Assembly (NCBI GenBank): GCA_002269645.1
Contig: NIVC01001361.1
Span: forward strand, 242,385-306,384
Origin: Macrostomum lignano
Taxonomy: Eukaryota
Reading direction: 5' to 3'
DNA length: 64,000 bases
Within the stretch, counting starts at the first letter, position 1, and each line of letters starts with the position of its first letter. Below the pieces are notes generated by a model. The model was not told where the DNA came from and did no database searches. It was given only the letters and a program-made list of their open reading frames with translations. Of the stretch, positions 25,553 through 38,322 are shown piece by piece. The translations under genes were made by a program, and so were the position numbers.

Positions 25553-27299
25553 CGTGAATTCCCGTGAACCCTCTAATTAATTCCTCATCTACAGATAAAT
25601 ATTCGATTTCTAGAGACTGAAGATCCTGCTGAAGCGAATTCTCCCATCTCACCCCGATAAACCTGTGAGTGGAGTCTAAACCCGTAACAGTAAAATTGCC
25701 TATTTGATGGAGATTTCCATAACGAAACTGCAGCCAAACTGAAACCTAGTCAAACACTAAGACGGGCAGACGTCGGGTCTATTTGTCCATTGCCTACCCC
25801 ACATTTGCCCAAAAAAATTCCCAAACCGAGGAACCGAAAGAGGAGGCCAAGAAATAAGTAGGATCTTTGCCTCGGACAGGCCGATATCAGCACTTGGCAA
25901 TCTGTGCCCACCCGGACAGCCTGTCCTCTTGGCCGACCCTTCGGTCAGACCCCAAGCCAGGCTCCTCCAGCGGACCCAGTCCTCGGCCTTGATCGATGAA
26001 GGCAGCATGTCACACAACACAGTGGACGCATAATGTCTTACCCAGTTCCGTTTGAACTCTCCAGAACTCTGTTTGATATCCCGTATGGAGAAGAAATTCT
26101 CCCCTTTAGCCCCGTCCAAAAAAATCGTTACTCAACGAGCCTGCGCGATGGTGTTGACACGCGCTATCAGCTATTTTAGGGCGCTATGCGCGAGACCCCA
26201 AATCCCGCCAATCTGCCAGTCGGCAACTCCCATTTTATCCCTTGAAATCCCATCTCGTTACTGCCGGTTTGTTGTTCACGATTGTGAGAGTGGAATTATG
26301 GGGAAGGATGCAGAGCTGATCCAAGGCGCAGTGACCATCACGGCTTATGAGTACTGCCTCATGTTCTGCATGGTGTAGCCTTGCTTCACACTTTTGGTTT
26401 ATGACTTAAAAATACAGGGCGATAACTGACCAAAACGAAGTCGTCAAAAAACGATGGATTTGAGCACTTCTACACACGATTGGGTTGAGCACTCTACACA
26501 CCGTTGAGCATTCACCGCACTATTGCGGTTGCCCTGTAAAAAACTGAGTTCACAAAAAGTCCAAACAAAACTTTATCCCTAACTCATAATTTCCCTACAC
26601 ATTTTCCTTAGTGACTCCCCTAATTCAGTTCAATTTTAATTCCGCAATTTGCTTTTCGATCCCAAATCGCTTGAAACTCGCCATCAGTCAATTAGCAAAA
26701 TGCATTCTAAAATTAAGCTTCCAAATTACAGCTCGGAGCTCATGTGCTCGGATAGACTAAGCTTCCTGCCCCCCCCCCGTTGAAAATGGCCAGCTCTCTT
26801 GCCTAGGCCATAAGCTTAGCTCAATTTTCCTCTATATATTTGCCGCATACACGCAGAGGCGATACAAGTTCGCAAACAAAATTGCATGCGGTAGCCAATC
26901 AGTCAATTTCTGGAATCGATGCCAATTTCTAAATGTTCTTTCAGCACCAGATAGGCAGCCTTGGCGACTCTTTTCCTGCCTCGGTTGAAGCGTTTCTTAT
27001 CCTGCATGACTTGCTGAAGGCCTGATATTCATGTACAGTGTGAGGCAAATCCTGCACAAAGAGCAGACTGGCTAAAATGGGTCACTGCTTTTGCAGGAAA
27101 CCGGATGCTTTTAGCGGAGTCATCGCGGTCTATTGTGCGCCAGCTGTTTGCTGATTGCTTCACCTGTCTCCTGAGTCTCTTTTTCATTCTATTCGAGTGG
27201 CGCAGCCTGATCTGTTGTTGACTTCTCTCCTGTATAATGTAACAGCTTCATACCTTCAGTTAGCTTTACACTGCTCTATTTAGTAGCTTAATAGAAGAG

Positions 27300-27675
27300 A
27301 GAAGGAGGAGAGAGAAAGGGAGAGAGTAGAGAAGAGGTGAGAGAGGAGGGGAGCGAGGAGAGAAGAGAGGAGAGAGGAAGTGTGCGATGAGAGAAGAGAG
27401 GAGAGAGAATGGGAGCGATGAGAGAAGAGAGGAGAGAGAATGGAAGCGAGGAGAGAAGAGAGGAGAGAGAATGGGAGCGAGGAGAGAAGAGAGGAGAGAG
27501 AATGGGAGCGATGAGAGAAGAGAGGAGAGAGAATGGGAGCGAGGAGAGAAGAGAGGAGAGAGAATGGGAGCGATGAGAGAAGAGAGGAGAGAGAATGGGA
27601 GCGAGGAGAGAAGAGAGGAGAGAGAATGGGAGCGATGAGAGAAGAGAGGAGAGAGAATGGGAGCGAGGAGAGAAG
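27300..27675 (+). repeat. 31-bp AG-rich minisatellite (GCGATGAGAGAAGAGAGGAGAGAGAATGGGA)
   Basis: Tandem units visible. Confidence 0.93.
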
Positions 27676-29019
27676 ACTTCAAAGTTTCAAAAGACTCGAG
27701 GACCGGATAAAGAGGCTTTGCAGGCCGGAGTTTGGCTACCAACCACTACTTTAGGTCTTCTCCGCCTTGCTTGCACAAATGTTCAGAGGACTCAATCTAA
27801 CCTGCATCGCATTTACATCCTAAGATGCTATTTTACGAGCGCCAAACAAGCGCAAAAACCATGGCGACGTCCTCGCTTGCTCTTTAATGTCTCTGGCTAG
27901 CTGGCATTCTCTCTCTGGTCTCTTCAAGTAGGTGATTTAGCGGTGATTTAGCGTAAGTAGTAGGTGAAGTAGGTGATTTAGAGGTTGTGAAGTTTCGCGG
28001 TTATGAAGTTTCGCGTTTATGAAAGTAGGTGATTTAGCCGTTGTGAAATTTCGCGTTTGTGAAAGCAACCCCCTTTGCAATCGCCGCACAGTCAGCTCTT
28101 TCCATGGCGGCGGAGCATAAAGATTTGGAAAGTGAAATTTGCACTTAACCCTATCTTATCCGCGCTTTCACCTCGTCCCCCCTAGCCACACCCTCACCCC
28201 CTAAGCCCAAAACCTCCCCTCGGGAGCCTTACCGCGTTCCCCCAAAGGGAGTCAGTCCTAAGTTGTTGATAGTGGCTGGGGTGGGCGTGAGGACTGCATT
28301 TCCAAATGTTTGACCCTTGGCCATTTCTCACCCCGTCTTCCCTTTGCCCTCTGCCTCAGCCAATGGGGCTGGCGTGCCATTGTAAAGCGTCTCTCCCCCC
28401 TGCCAGCCCCCCTACTTCCCCTCGTTTGGAAATTTTGCTATTGAAAGGAAGAAGAAAGGAGGGACGAGGAGGAGAATGACACCGCCCTCTTCCCGTTTTT
28501 CCCCAAGCACGGAGTTTGGTGGGCGGTGTCGCGTTATTCCCCAACCCCTCTCACCACCTCTACGTGACCCTGCCTCCCTTTCCCTGTGTGGGTCGCTTGT
28601 GCTATTTAGGACTTTAGGAGGAAGGGGTGGGGCGCCCCATTGAATCCGACACCCACCCGATTCGTCCGACCAACCCCGAGAGGGCGCAGGGCCGATTGCA
28701 GGGCCAAGGAGAGGGGGAGGGAGCGGGAGGCCTGGGCTTCAAAACAGCCAGACAGGGGGGAGAGAGCCAAGCCAAGTACGCAAAGCAGCTAGCTCCCTGT
28801 CTTTTTTCAACGTGTCTTTTCAAATCCCCATTAATTCTCCGTATTCAGCTGCTTTTCAACACATTTTTTCAGTTAAATTATCATTAATTTATCAAACTTT
28901 TGGCTGATTTCTCTGCTACCAACGATCAGCTTACCGATTCTATTTTACAGGTAAAAACAACTTATTTTTTCTTTGTGTGTTGGACTAGGAAATTGTCGGA
29001 CTGGACCCCATCTCTCATC

Positions 29020-29230
29020 TTTTCTAAAATAATCTCATCTGCTCTTATCTCATCTCATCTCATCTCATCTCATCTCTCTTCTCTCTTATTCTCTTATCTC
29101 ATCGCTTCTTCACCTTATATCTCACCACCTCATTTTTATTATCTTATCCTATCTCATGATCTCGACTCTCGTCTCATATTTCATCGGATCATCTTTATTC
29201 CCTTTCCTCTCCTCTCTTCTCTCCCTTTCT
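29020..29230. repeat. Degenerate (TCTCA)n / CT-rich low-complexity tract
   Basis: CTCAT pentamer run decaying into CT-rich sequence. Confidence 0.8.
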
Positions 29231-30287
29231 CCACCCTCTCCGATTCTTTTCTGTCGTTACTAAAAGTACTAAAAACTGTAAAAATAAAGTAGGTAAGTTG
29301 ATAGCAAGAGCAAAACTATATGACCTAGATATTGAATGCGTATAATGTCAACTTTCTCGTCCGTCAAAAAAGGCTTGTTGCAGTTCGGAACTTCGGAATT
29401 GAGCCAATATGTGAAGAAAATTGGGTGGCTTAGTCAGCCAACATTTGTGGGGAAACGCCCCCAGCACAGCCAGGCCATTTAGTTTAGTGTTTGTTAGTCC
29501 CTGTGTTTCACCCGGGACCGCGGCAATTTTTAGGACCTGGGCTGTGTCGGGAGGGCAGCGAGAGTGAGTGGGGACAGCCCAGCTAGAACTGGGAGGTGCT
29601 TGATTCTCCCCAGCACTGGCGGTGGGAGCCCCCTGGCTGAACCTCTTTATTGCCCTTGCCCACGCAGGCTTCAGCTTGTGCATACGGGACACATTGAACA
29701 AATAAACAAGGCAGTATAGGGAGAGGGAGATGAAGGGCCAGACTGTGCATGGAAGGGAAAACGTTAGAGAATGCGAAGGGTCTCCCGGCTTCTCCTGATT
29801 AGTGGTTTTTCCTACACAAAAGGATTCTACATCTTAAATGGGGATTGCAACCCGCTACATTAGCGAGGACGTAACGTGTGTGAGGCTTGGCTGTTGTCTG
29901 GGAGTAGGATTTCAATTTTTAGATGGATAATGATAGGCCACATACTGAAAACAATCCACTCGCAGTCAAGGAGAAGCTTCTATTTTGCCAAGTTTTGGGC
30001 AAAACGGTTCAATTTGAAAGTAAACAGAACTCAAATGTGCACTTCACACCAGCACTTGACCAGCATGAAGGTGAGCTCAATGGATTGGAATTAAAGGTAG
30101 CAGAGTGCCATAGAATGCAGATGGAAGTGTCTTAACACAGATAAACTCTGTACCGAGCTCATGAGCACTGTGCTCCGGCAACAACCCAGTGGTAGATTTG
30201 AGACAGAGGGGCCGGTCTGAACTCCTGAGAAGGGCACGCACACTTCGACTCGATCTGACTTGCCGTTTACAATACAGTAGCTACTGC

Positions 30288-30346
<59 letters not shown>

Positions 30347-30355
30347 CAGATAGAC

Positions 30356-30406
<51 letters not shown>

Positions 30407-30797
30407 CAGATAGATATATAGATAGATAGACAGATAGATAGATAGACAGATAGATAGATAGACAGATAGATAAATAGATAGATAGATAGATAGATAGACA
30501 GATAGATAGATAGACAGATAGATAAATAGATAGATAGATAGACAGATAGATAGATAGAGAGATAGATAGATAGATAGATAGACAGATAGATAGATAGATA
30601 GATAGATAGACAGATAGATAAATAGATAGATAGATAGACAGATAGATAAATAGATAGATAGATAGATAGATAGACAGATAGATAGATAGACAGATAGATA
30701 AATAGATAGATAGATAGACAGATAGATAGATAGAGAGATAGATAGATAGATAGATAGACAGATAGATAGACAGATAGATAGATAGACAGATAGATAA

Positions 30798-30838
<41 letters not shown>

Positions 30839-30983
30839 CAGATAGATAAATAGATAGATAGATAGACAGATAGATAGATAGAGAGATAGATAGATAGATA
30901 GATAGACAGATAGATAGATAGATAGATAGATAGACAGATAGATAAATAGATAGATAGATAGACAGATAGATAGATAGATAGAG

Positions 30984-31014
<31 letters not shown>

Positions 31015-31028
31015 CAGATAGATAGATG

Positions 31029-31070
<42 letters not shown>

Positions 31071-31120
31071 CAGATAGATAGATAGATAGATAGATAGAGA
31101 GATAGATTGATAGATTGATA
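30288..31120 (+). repeat. (GATA)n microsatellite with GACA/TAAA/GAGA interruptions
   Basis: About 830 bp of GATA tetramers. Confidence 0.98.
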
Positions 31121-33149
31121 GATTGATAAATAGAAAAATATGTAAGTAGATGAATAGAAAAGTAACCCTAGCTTTCTTGTGAATTTCCATACAAGCACTA
31201 ATAGAAATAGAAAGTGCTTCTCATCTTCTTGATCACTCTAAATATTGATTCAAAAACTTCAACCTACTAAAAGGTATTGCAGATCTACTTCATGTTTTGA
31301 CCCTTAGTTCTTTTTGAGTGACGATAAGTTCGAAGTAGATTCAGTCAATTTCAAGCTCGATTGGACTTTTGCGCTTCTCAATACTCTGTTTCGCATCAAC
31401 CGAATTGCGATGATTTCAAAGCAAATTTCTCGAATGAAAGAAAGTGCACCCATGGAATAATCGGCGCGCTGTCGGCTCGATATTCGAAACTGTCTGGGCA
31501 TTTTTAATCGCTACTTGATGGCTTTTCCGTTCCAAAAAATTCATCGCGGAACACAAAGCGGCAAGAAGCACTAAATTGCGCTGCTGTATGACATTGAACT
31601 GATTGGATATGCAACACACGGTTGGCTTGTCTTTCTAGCTAATTTAATTCCAGGTAGCTAGCAATTTCACTTCATGCGATAGTCAAGCTCAAGGTACTAG
31701 CTTCAGTTACCAAGTAAAAAGGCAAAATATTAAATGCTTAGGACAGGAGAACTGTGTGGCTTGGCTCTGTTGGTATAGCTGTGTGCCATGCTAATGAGGG
31801 CCCATGCATGCAATTTTTCACATTTTTTGGCTCGGTTTTCCATGCAAGAAAATTATACAGCGATACAACGTCAAATGGGTTTTTCAAGACTATATTATTC
31901 AAGAAAAATATAGCGCGTAGTTATTCGCTATATGAATTCACTTCAAGGCGCTGTTAGGCAGGCTTAGGTTAGGTCTCGTATAGCTGTGACTTGTGAGTGT
32001 GCCGTTAATTATTCCTATGCAATGTCAATAGGCTCTGTGTATTATGAGAGCGCGACAAAGAGGAAACGCGCTTCTCGGGGTTCGCTTGTCAGGTAACAGT
32101 AACAGGGCTGGCTCTCCGCGTAGCTGGTTGCTTTTCTCACTGAAATAACTCAGTCATTGCGTCTCACTTGTCATGCCCGCCCGTCTCCAGGTCCCTATCC
32201 TGGCTCTCTAATGCAGTCTTTTTATCCATATCTTTGCAATGCATCTTTTAGCCATGATCCGGTATCTTCAATTCATTCAGGTTTCTCTCTCTCTCTCCCA
32301 TCTCTCCCAGAACTGATCGATTCAAAAGTGTGTACTTTCTACGCGTCAAAGTTTAGTTATTGTTAGTCCCCAGTCAGTTTGCGAACCAGAGAGCTCACTA
32401 ATAGTGAATAATAATAGTTGGATATTTTTCTCTTTCCCAACTGCACTGTAACCGACACTTTCAGACTTAATTGGAGCACGCGCTGAGAACTATATACTGT
32501 TTCTCACTGAATCCTGCCAGTGGCAATTCCATATTTGGCTATAGCTTGGGTTGGGACTGGCCTCTAAGATTCATTTCCATAGTTGTTTAGTTCTATCTTG
32601 TCATTAGAACATAGAGCGATGCGACCGAATGCAAACACGGAGGCTATTGATTCGCTTGGGTCACGGTGAGGAGTCGAATGAAACTAGGTAGGCGTTATAT
32701 TAGCTGTCGCCGTCGTCTCCTTGGTGTACACCCCGCGGGAATCGCAGCATTATTGATAGTATAGGAAAGGGAGCGGTGGATCTGAGAGAGACTAAGCGAA
32801 GGGCGAGCGCGCACACGCGCATTTCGTCCCTTCCACCTTAATCCCTCCAATCCGCACTCACTTCAGTCAGCCTTTCCCGGTCCCATTTGCTTCAGTGTTC
32901 AATGTGTATCCCCTATTTTATGTCCTTCAGCCAGTGTGTCACCTGCCCGTTCGCGTTCACCTCTCTTTCCCGTCACCTCCCCTCTCCAGTTTCTGGCTTA
33001 AATAAAGCCTTTATTGTAGCTGAGTGGCAAGAGGCCTTCCTTCACGCTCCCAACTGCAGCCAGTTTTTACAAGCGGTAGGAGGAATATTCTTTATCAAGC
33101 CTCTGCTACGACATCCTCACCCACAGGGACAGTTACGAAGCTGCACGTC

Positions 33150-36100
33150 ATGTCAAAAAATTCGGTTTACCTGGTTCTAGCAGCAACTCTGGCGGCGATA
33201 TGCGCCGTTTCTGATGCGACGCAACTCTGCTTAGATATGCAGACCGCAATCCAGGCCGAGGCCGCTAACGTTGTTATCTGCGGGTTTCCAAGGTCGTCTT
33301 ATAGCACCGGCGGCATTGAGACAGCAAGAATACCAGTTGCCTGTCATCGAAAAGCTACAGGCATCGCCAGCCTACTTCAAGCTGAGGCCGGCTACCAAAA
33401 TATTCAGGATTCTATGGATATTTGTTTCATGAGAGTGAAGCCTAATGATGAGGGCATTACGATTTTTAACATTGACCTGGTCGAAGACAATTATGGTGAT
33501 GCTTTTAAAAAGCGAGAAATTCGTCTGCAGGACTCGGTTGCGGAGATTGTCGGAATCTCGTCGGGCTTTGCGATCAAAGGCCCAATCAGCAGCATCAACC
33601 CGGCCGTGTTTGCTGACACTGGATCGCCGCAAAGGGCTCAGCTTAAGAACCTGTACCTGGCCTTTACCGAACTGCAGACTCTAGATTTGTCTCTGTTGAA
33701 GCCATTGAATCTGCAAGAGCTTTTTCTCGTCAATAATTCTAAACTGACTCGGATTGTTAACTACAAAGACGCTCCAATGTCCGATTTGACAACTTTCATC
33801 TCGTGGAATAATAACCCGTCGCTGATTGACTGTCGCAATCTGCTTGGTCTGCCTAGTACTATAACAAAAATCGGCATTCTGCAGAAAGGCCTAAATAATA
33901 GTTGCGCCCAGTGCCATCTGCCGAAAAAATGCGAGCTGCTGGTCAGAATGAATGAGCCAGAGTTGAAATATTTTCCTGGCTTAGGTTCGCAATCGCAAAA
34001 TTTTCCTTTTCCTATGGAACATATGAAATTTCGTCCAGCGACCTTCCTTCCTGAATTTGTGCCCTACAAGTCGTACAATATTGCTCCAGAAACCACAAAA
34101 GCAGCCACCTGTCAGACGGAATGCAGTTGTCAAAAGTGGCCTCCGCCAGGTAAGAAGCTAAATGATTCAATAGACTAAACTTTTGCTTATTCAAATGTTT
34201 TTTGAGTGGCTGGCGTGTGTCAAAGTCAAACTTTTGAAAAGTTCTTGGAAGTCGATTTTGACGTTAGATACACAATTTTGGCATAGCTGTAGTTCGTGTC
34301 GTTCAGATTGGTGCCCCGACGTTCAAAGTGCCTCAAATAATTTGAGGGGTGCCACTGTGAGGATTTCATAGTCTCTGGCGCTCTCTAAACGTTACTGGCT
34401 AGATGGTTGCCAGTTAGGGAGGTTGCCAGTTAGGGGGTTTCCAGTTAGGGAGGTTGCCAGTTGGGAAGGTTGCCAGTTGGGAAGGTTGCCAGTTGGGAAG
34501 GTTGCCAGTTGGGAAGGTTGCCAGTTGGAAAGATTCATCCCGACGGCAGTCTCATTCCGACGGCGCTTTTTGCGCCAGCAAGTTTAGCGGCAGAGGATCA
34601 GCATATTAGAAGATCAAAGTGCGCAGAAGCCGAGCGTGGAAATGTCAGGTTAAGCACTTCCTAGACTTTAAGACAAAATAATTTTTAGTCTACATCTTCA
34701 CCATTTCTTTTATTTTCGGATAGCGAAATACGAGTAGTTTACAACAGACTTTTAGAGGACCACACGGGTGCGTCTGACTTCGTCTGGTTTGTCTTAACTC
34801 GCATTTCAAGAATTGCGTTCAGCTCGATTTTTAAGACTTGATTTCGAATTAGCTCGTACAACGCGCTTGTCTATCCGAATCTTTGAAAGCTTTCATACTT
34901 TCTCGAAAGGTCACTTTCATGAATTTACAGGGTGGCCTACGTAACGTGCCTGATGAAACAGGGTGACGACTCGACTGTCAGTTAAAATTTTGTCAACATT
35001 GGTTGCAAATCAAAAAAGTTATTAACGTTACGCGTTACGTGGGCCACCCAGTATAATCTTAACTTTGAAACCCTGTATTTGTCAAACCCACATTAGAAAT
35101 GCTTTCGTTTTCCGTCATACTTTCAAAATTTTTAATGATAGTGATTAAAATTGGGACTGCGATGATTGACTGCCAGTGACAATTGACTCTCAGTGATAAT
35201 TGGCTATCAGTGACAATTGACTGCTAGTGACAATTGACTGCCAGTGACAATTGGCTATCAGTGATAATCGACTGTCAGTGACAATTGACTGTCAGTGACA
35301 ATTGACTGTCAGTGACAATTGACTCTCAGTGATAACTGGCTATCAGTGACAATTGACTGTCAGTGACAATTGGCTATCAGTGACAATTGACTGTCAGTGA
35401 CAATTGGCTATCAGTGAAAATTGACTGCCAGTGACAATTGGCTATCAGTGACAATTGACTGCTAGTGACAATTGACTGCCAGTGACAATTAACTGCCAGT
35501 TACTGCCAGTGACAATTGACTGCCAGTGACAATTGGCTATCAGTGACAATTGGCTATCAGTGATAATTGACTGTCAGTGACAATTGACTGCCAGTGACAA
35601 TTGGCTATCAGTGATAATTGGCTATCAGTGACAATTGACTGTCAGTGACAATTGGCTATCAGTGACAATTGACTGTCAGTGACAATTGGCTATCAGTGAC
35701 AATTGGCTATCAGTGACAATTGACTGTCAGTGAAAATTGACTGCCAGTGACAATTGGCTATCAGTGACAATTGACTGCTAGTGACAATTGACTGCCAGTG
35801 ACAATTGACTGCCAGTTACTGCCTGTGACAATTGACTGCTAGTGACAATTGACTGCCAGTGACAATTGACTGCCAGTTACTGCCAGTGACAATTGACTGC
35901 CAGTGACAATTGACTGCCAGTTACTGCCAGTGACAATTGACTGTTGGTGACAATTGACTGCCAGTTACTGCCAGTGACAATTGACTGTTGGTGACAATTG
36001 ACTGCCAGTGACAATTGACTGCCAGTTACTGCCTGTGACAATTGACTGCTAGTGACAATTGACTGCCAGTGACAATTGACTGCCAGTTACTGCCAGTGAC

Positions 36101-36657
36101 AATTGACTGCCAGTGACAATTGACTGCCAGTTACTGCCAGTGACAATTGACTGTTGGTGACAATTGACTGCCAGTTACTGCCAGTGACAATTGACTGTTG
36201 GTGACAATTGACTGCCAGTGACAATTGACTGCCAGTTACTGCCAGTGACAATTGACTGTCAGTGACCCAATAGTGCTGTTGTAGGAAATTTGCAGCTAAA
36301 CTGTAAAATTCTAGTTTTTTTCGAATTGCTACCAGTCAATTGTTACTGGCAGGCATGCTGGCAAATGCCCGAATTTATGGTTTAACATAGGCATCCGATT
36401 TTCCCCATCCATATAAAAAAACAGTGGACTCGACAAAAAACAGCGCAGCTACTAGCGGAGAAAGCGGCACCTCCAGCGGCACCTCCAGCGGCACCTCCAG
36501 CGGCACCTCCAGCGGCACCTCCAGCGGCAACGCCGTCGGCCAGGAGAGACAGGCGACTGGAGACGGCGGCGGCGGCGGCGGCACAGGCCGGGTGTCGGGC
36601 TCAACTCCTGTCATTGCCATCGCTTTGGTCTTGTTCCGTCAGTTAAGCCAGCTCTAG
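33150..36657 (+). CDS. Secreted leucine-rich-repeat protein with Ser/Gly/Thr stalk and probable GPI-anchor signal, 410 aa, 2 exons
   Basis: Exon 1 33150-34149 (donor G|GTAAGA) joins exon 2 36425-36657 (acceptor ACAG|TG) in phase 1. Signal peptide MSKNSVYLVLAATLAAICAVSDA; LRRs LKNLYLAFTELQTL and LQELFLVNNSKLTRI; LRRCT-like NNNPSLIDC; stalk (GTSS)x5; hydrophobic tail PVIAIALVLFRQLSQL. Confidence 0.8.
34405..34530 (+). repeat. 16-bp minisatellite (GTTGCCAGTTGGGAAG) in LRR-gene intron
   Basis: About 8 tandem units. Confidence 0.9.
34928..35051. mobile_element. 124-bp Tc1/mariner-type MITE
   Basis: TA|CAGGGTGGCCTACGTAACG ... CGTTACGTGGGCCACCCAG|TA: 19-bp near-perfect TIRs flanked by TA on both sides. 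Confidence 0.8.
35165..36265. repeat. 17-bp quasi-palindromic minisatellite (TGACTGCCAGTGACAAT) in LRR-gene intron
   Basis: Tandem units centred on CAATTG, with a shorter TTACTGCCAG variant enriched in the right half. Confidence 0.96.
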
Positions 36658-37714
36658 CCTCGTTCGGTCTAATGTCTGTTATTAACCCGTGACGAAATCT
36701 ATTTCGAAATTGTGCCGCGCCTGGATGCGGATGATAAGTGCACTAATTTAAATTTAGCACTAATCTAAATTGACTAAAAAACTAAACTCCGCCGCTGAAA
36801 AGCTATACTATGATTCTGGTTCTGGAATCAGAATCTACATCTACAATATGACAAGCCTCCTTATAAGGGCTAGAGTATAAAGACTAATGAGCTGGGAGTT
36901 CAAAATCATCTAAAAATAGGACGGTGTAATGTTTCCCTAATATAGATTACAAGTGGTCTTTGGCATGGGCCTCGGTGGTCCTACCTCCCTGCCCCTGCCG
37001 CCCTCCTACTCCCGTTACCCTACGCAATCTACAATCTTTATTTTCTTACCCTCCCCAGCCATCTTAACATTGATTGCTACGTACATTGTGTGTATGTACG
37101 TTTAGTCGTTCATTTAAGTGTGTACGATTGTCGTGTGTACATTGGATTACCACCCCACCTCCATTTCAAGACCTCTATCTACACCTTTATGGTGATCTTT
37201 CTACAATAATAATACCGTAAAGTACACGAAAAACTGTATATTGTTACGTTAGAATGAGCATTAGCAATGTAGGCGCTTGATAGTTGCTGAAAATGTTTAG
37301 CTTTTTAATCTTTACATAATCCAATTCGCAAAGGAAATTCCACCCCCTTGGCTAAATAACTGCTTCACTGGCTCGAAATGCAGCTTACGAGATCGGCTAT
37401 TAGTTTGCTATAAACTTATTTTCCGCTGTTGCACTGCACGTTTAAACAAAATCCAAGTACGTATGGGGGATAGCTAAGACAAGTTCAGCCGAGCAATGCA
37501 AGTACTTAGTATGTAAGTTTAGAAATCAACCTGCTTCTAAAGTATGGGCAATAATAGTGAGAATCTCTATGTAGTATGGACTTCTACATAGCGCATCATG
37601 CGCAACATAGCGCATTATATCACAATGACATAGCGTCATTGTCCCAACAGACTGTTTTCAAGAGACTTTCTCTTTTAAAAAGCAACCAACTTGACCTTAG
37701 CGATTTTAAAATGT

Positions 37715-38322
37715 CAGGACCACTAGAAGTTATGTGACATCTTTCCTAAGTTTAAAACACGGATACTAGAATCTAGATGGGCCACTCAGGTATATATGCT
37801 TGGTAAAAAGGCTTTCTACTTTCAGTTCAGTAGCAAAGAAGAATACATAAGCTATTTTTAACAGTTAAGGCAGCTGAAACGACTCTGATAAGTTTAGAAG
37901 ACCAAGCTTGCAGGCGTAAACAACTTGCTAATTGATTCAGCAGTAATGTACATTGGCCAGTCCACTGAAGTGTACAAGGCAGCTTTAGGGTGGAAGTCCG
38001 AGAGAAAGACAATAAAAATTGGGTGGCGGGCGGGGGTAGCTTAAACGGTTGGAAGGTTTAAGCTGGGGGGTAGGAGCCAATAAATAAGTCTTGGCTTTAA
38101 AATCATTAAATGCTTCTGTTTAACTTGCTACTGAACTGAAAGTAGCTTACACGCAAATGTGCTGAGTGGCCCATCTAGTTATTCCAGTATCTGTGGTTTA
38201 AATCGATGAAAGATAGGTTTCTATCTCGCTATGCAGTTTAAGCGAAATCGGGCCTTAAAAATTATCCATAGAACGCCGGTGTTTCGTCCTGATAAAAGGG
38301 TCCTTACTTCTAGTGGTCCTTG
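37715..38322. mobile_element. Outer TIR element enclosing the P-like MITE
   Basis: CAGGACCACTAGAAGT ... ACTTCTAGTGGTCCTTG inverted ends; the same end motif recurs at 50605. No TSD found. Confidence 0.5.
37758..38195. mobile_element. P-element-like MITE (same family as 50261-50565)
   Basis: CACGGATACTAGAATCTAGATGGGCCACTCAG ... CTGAGTGGCCCATCTAGTTATTCCAGTATCTGTG inverted ends; flanks GTTTAAAA / GTTTAAAT (7/8 TSD match). Confidence 0.75.

Noticed and set aside
36859-36868. CArG box CCTTATAAGG
   Set aside because: Downstream of the LRR gene, not near a recognisable promoter; several matches are expected by chance.
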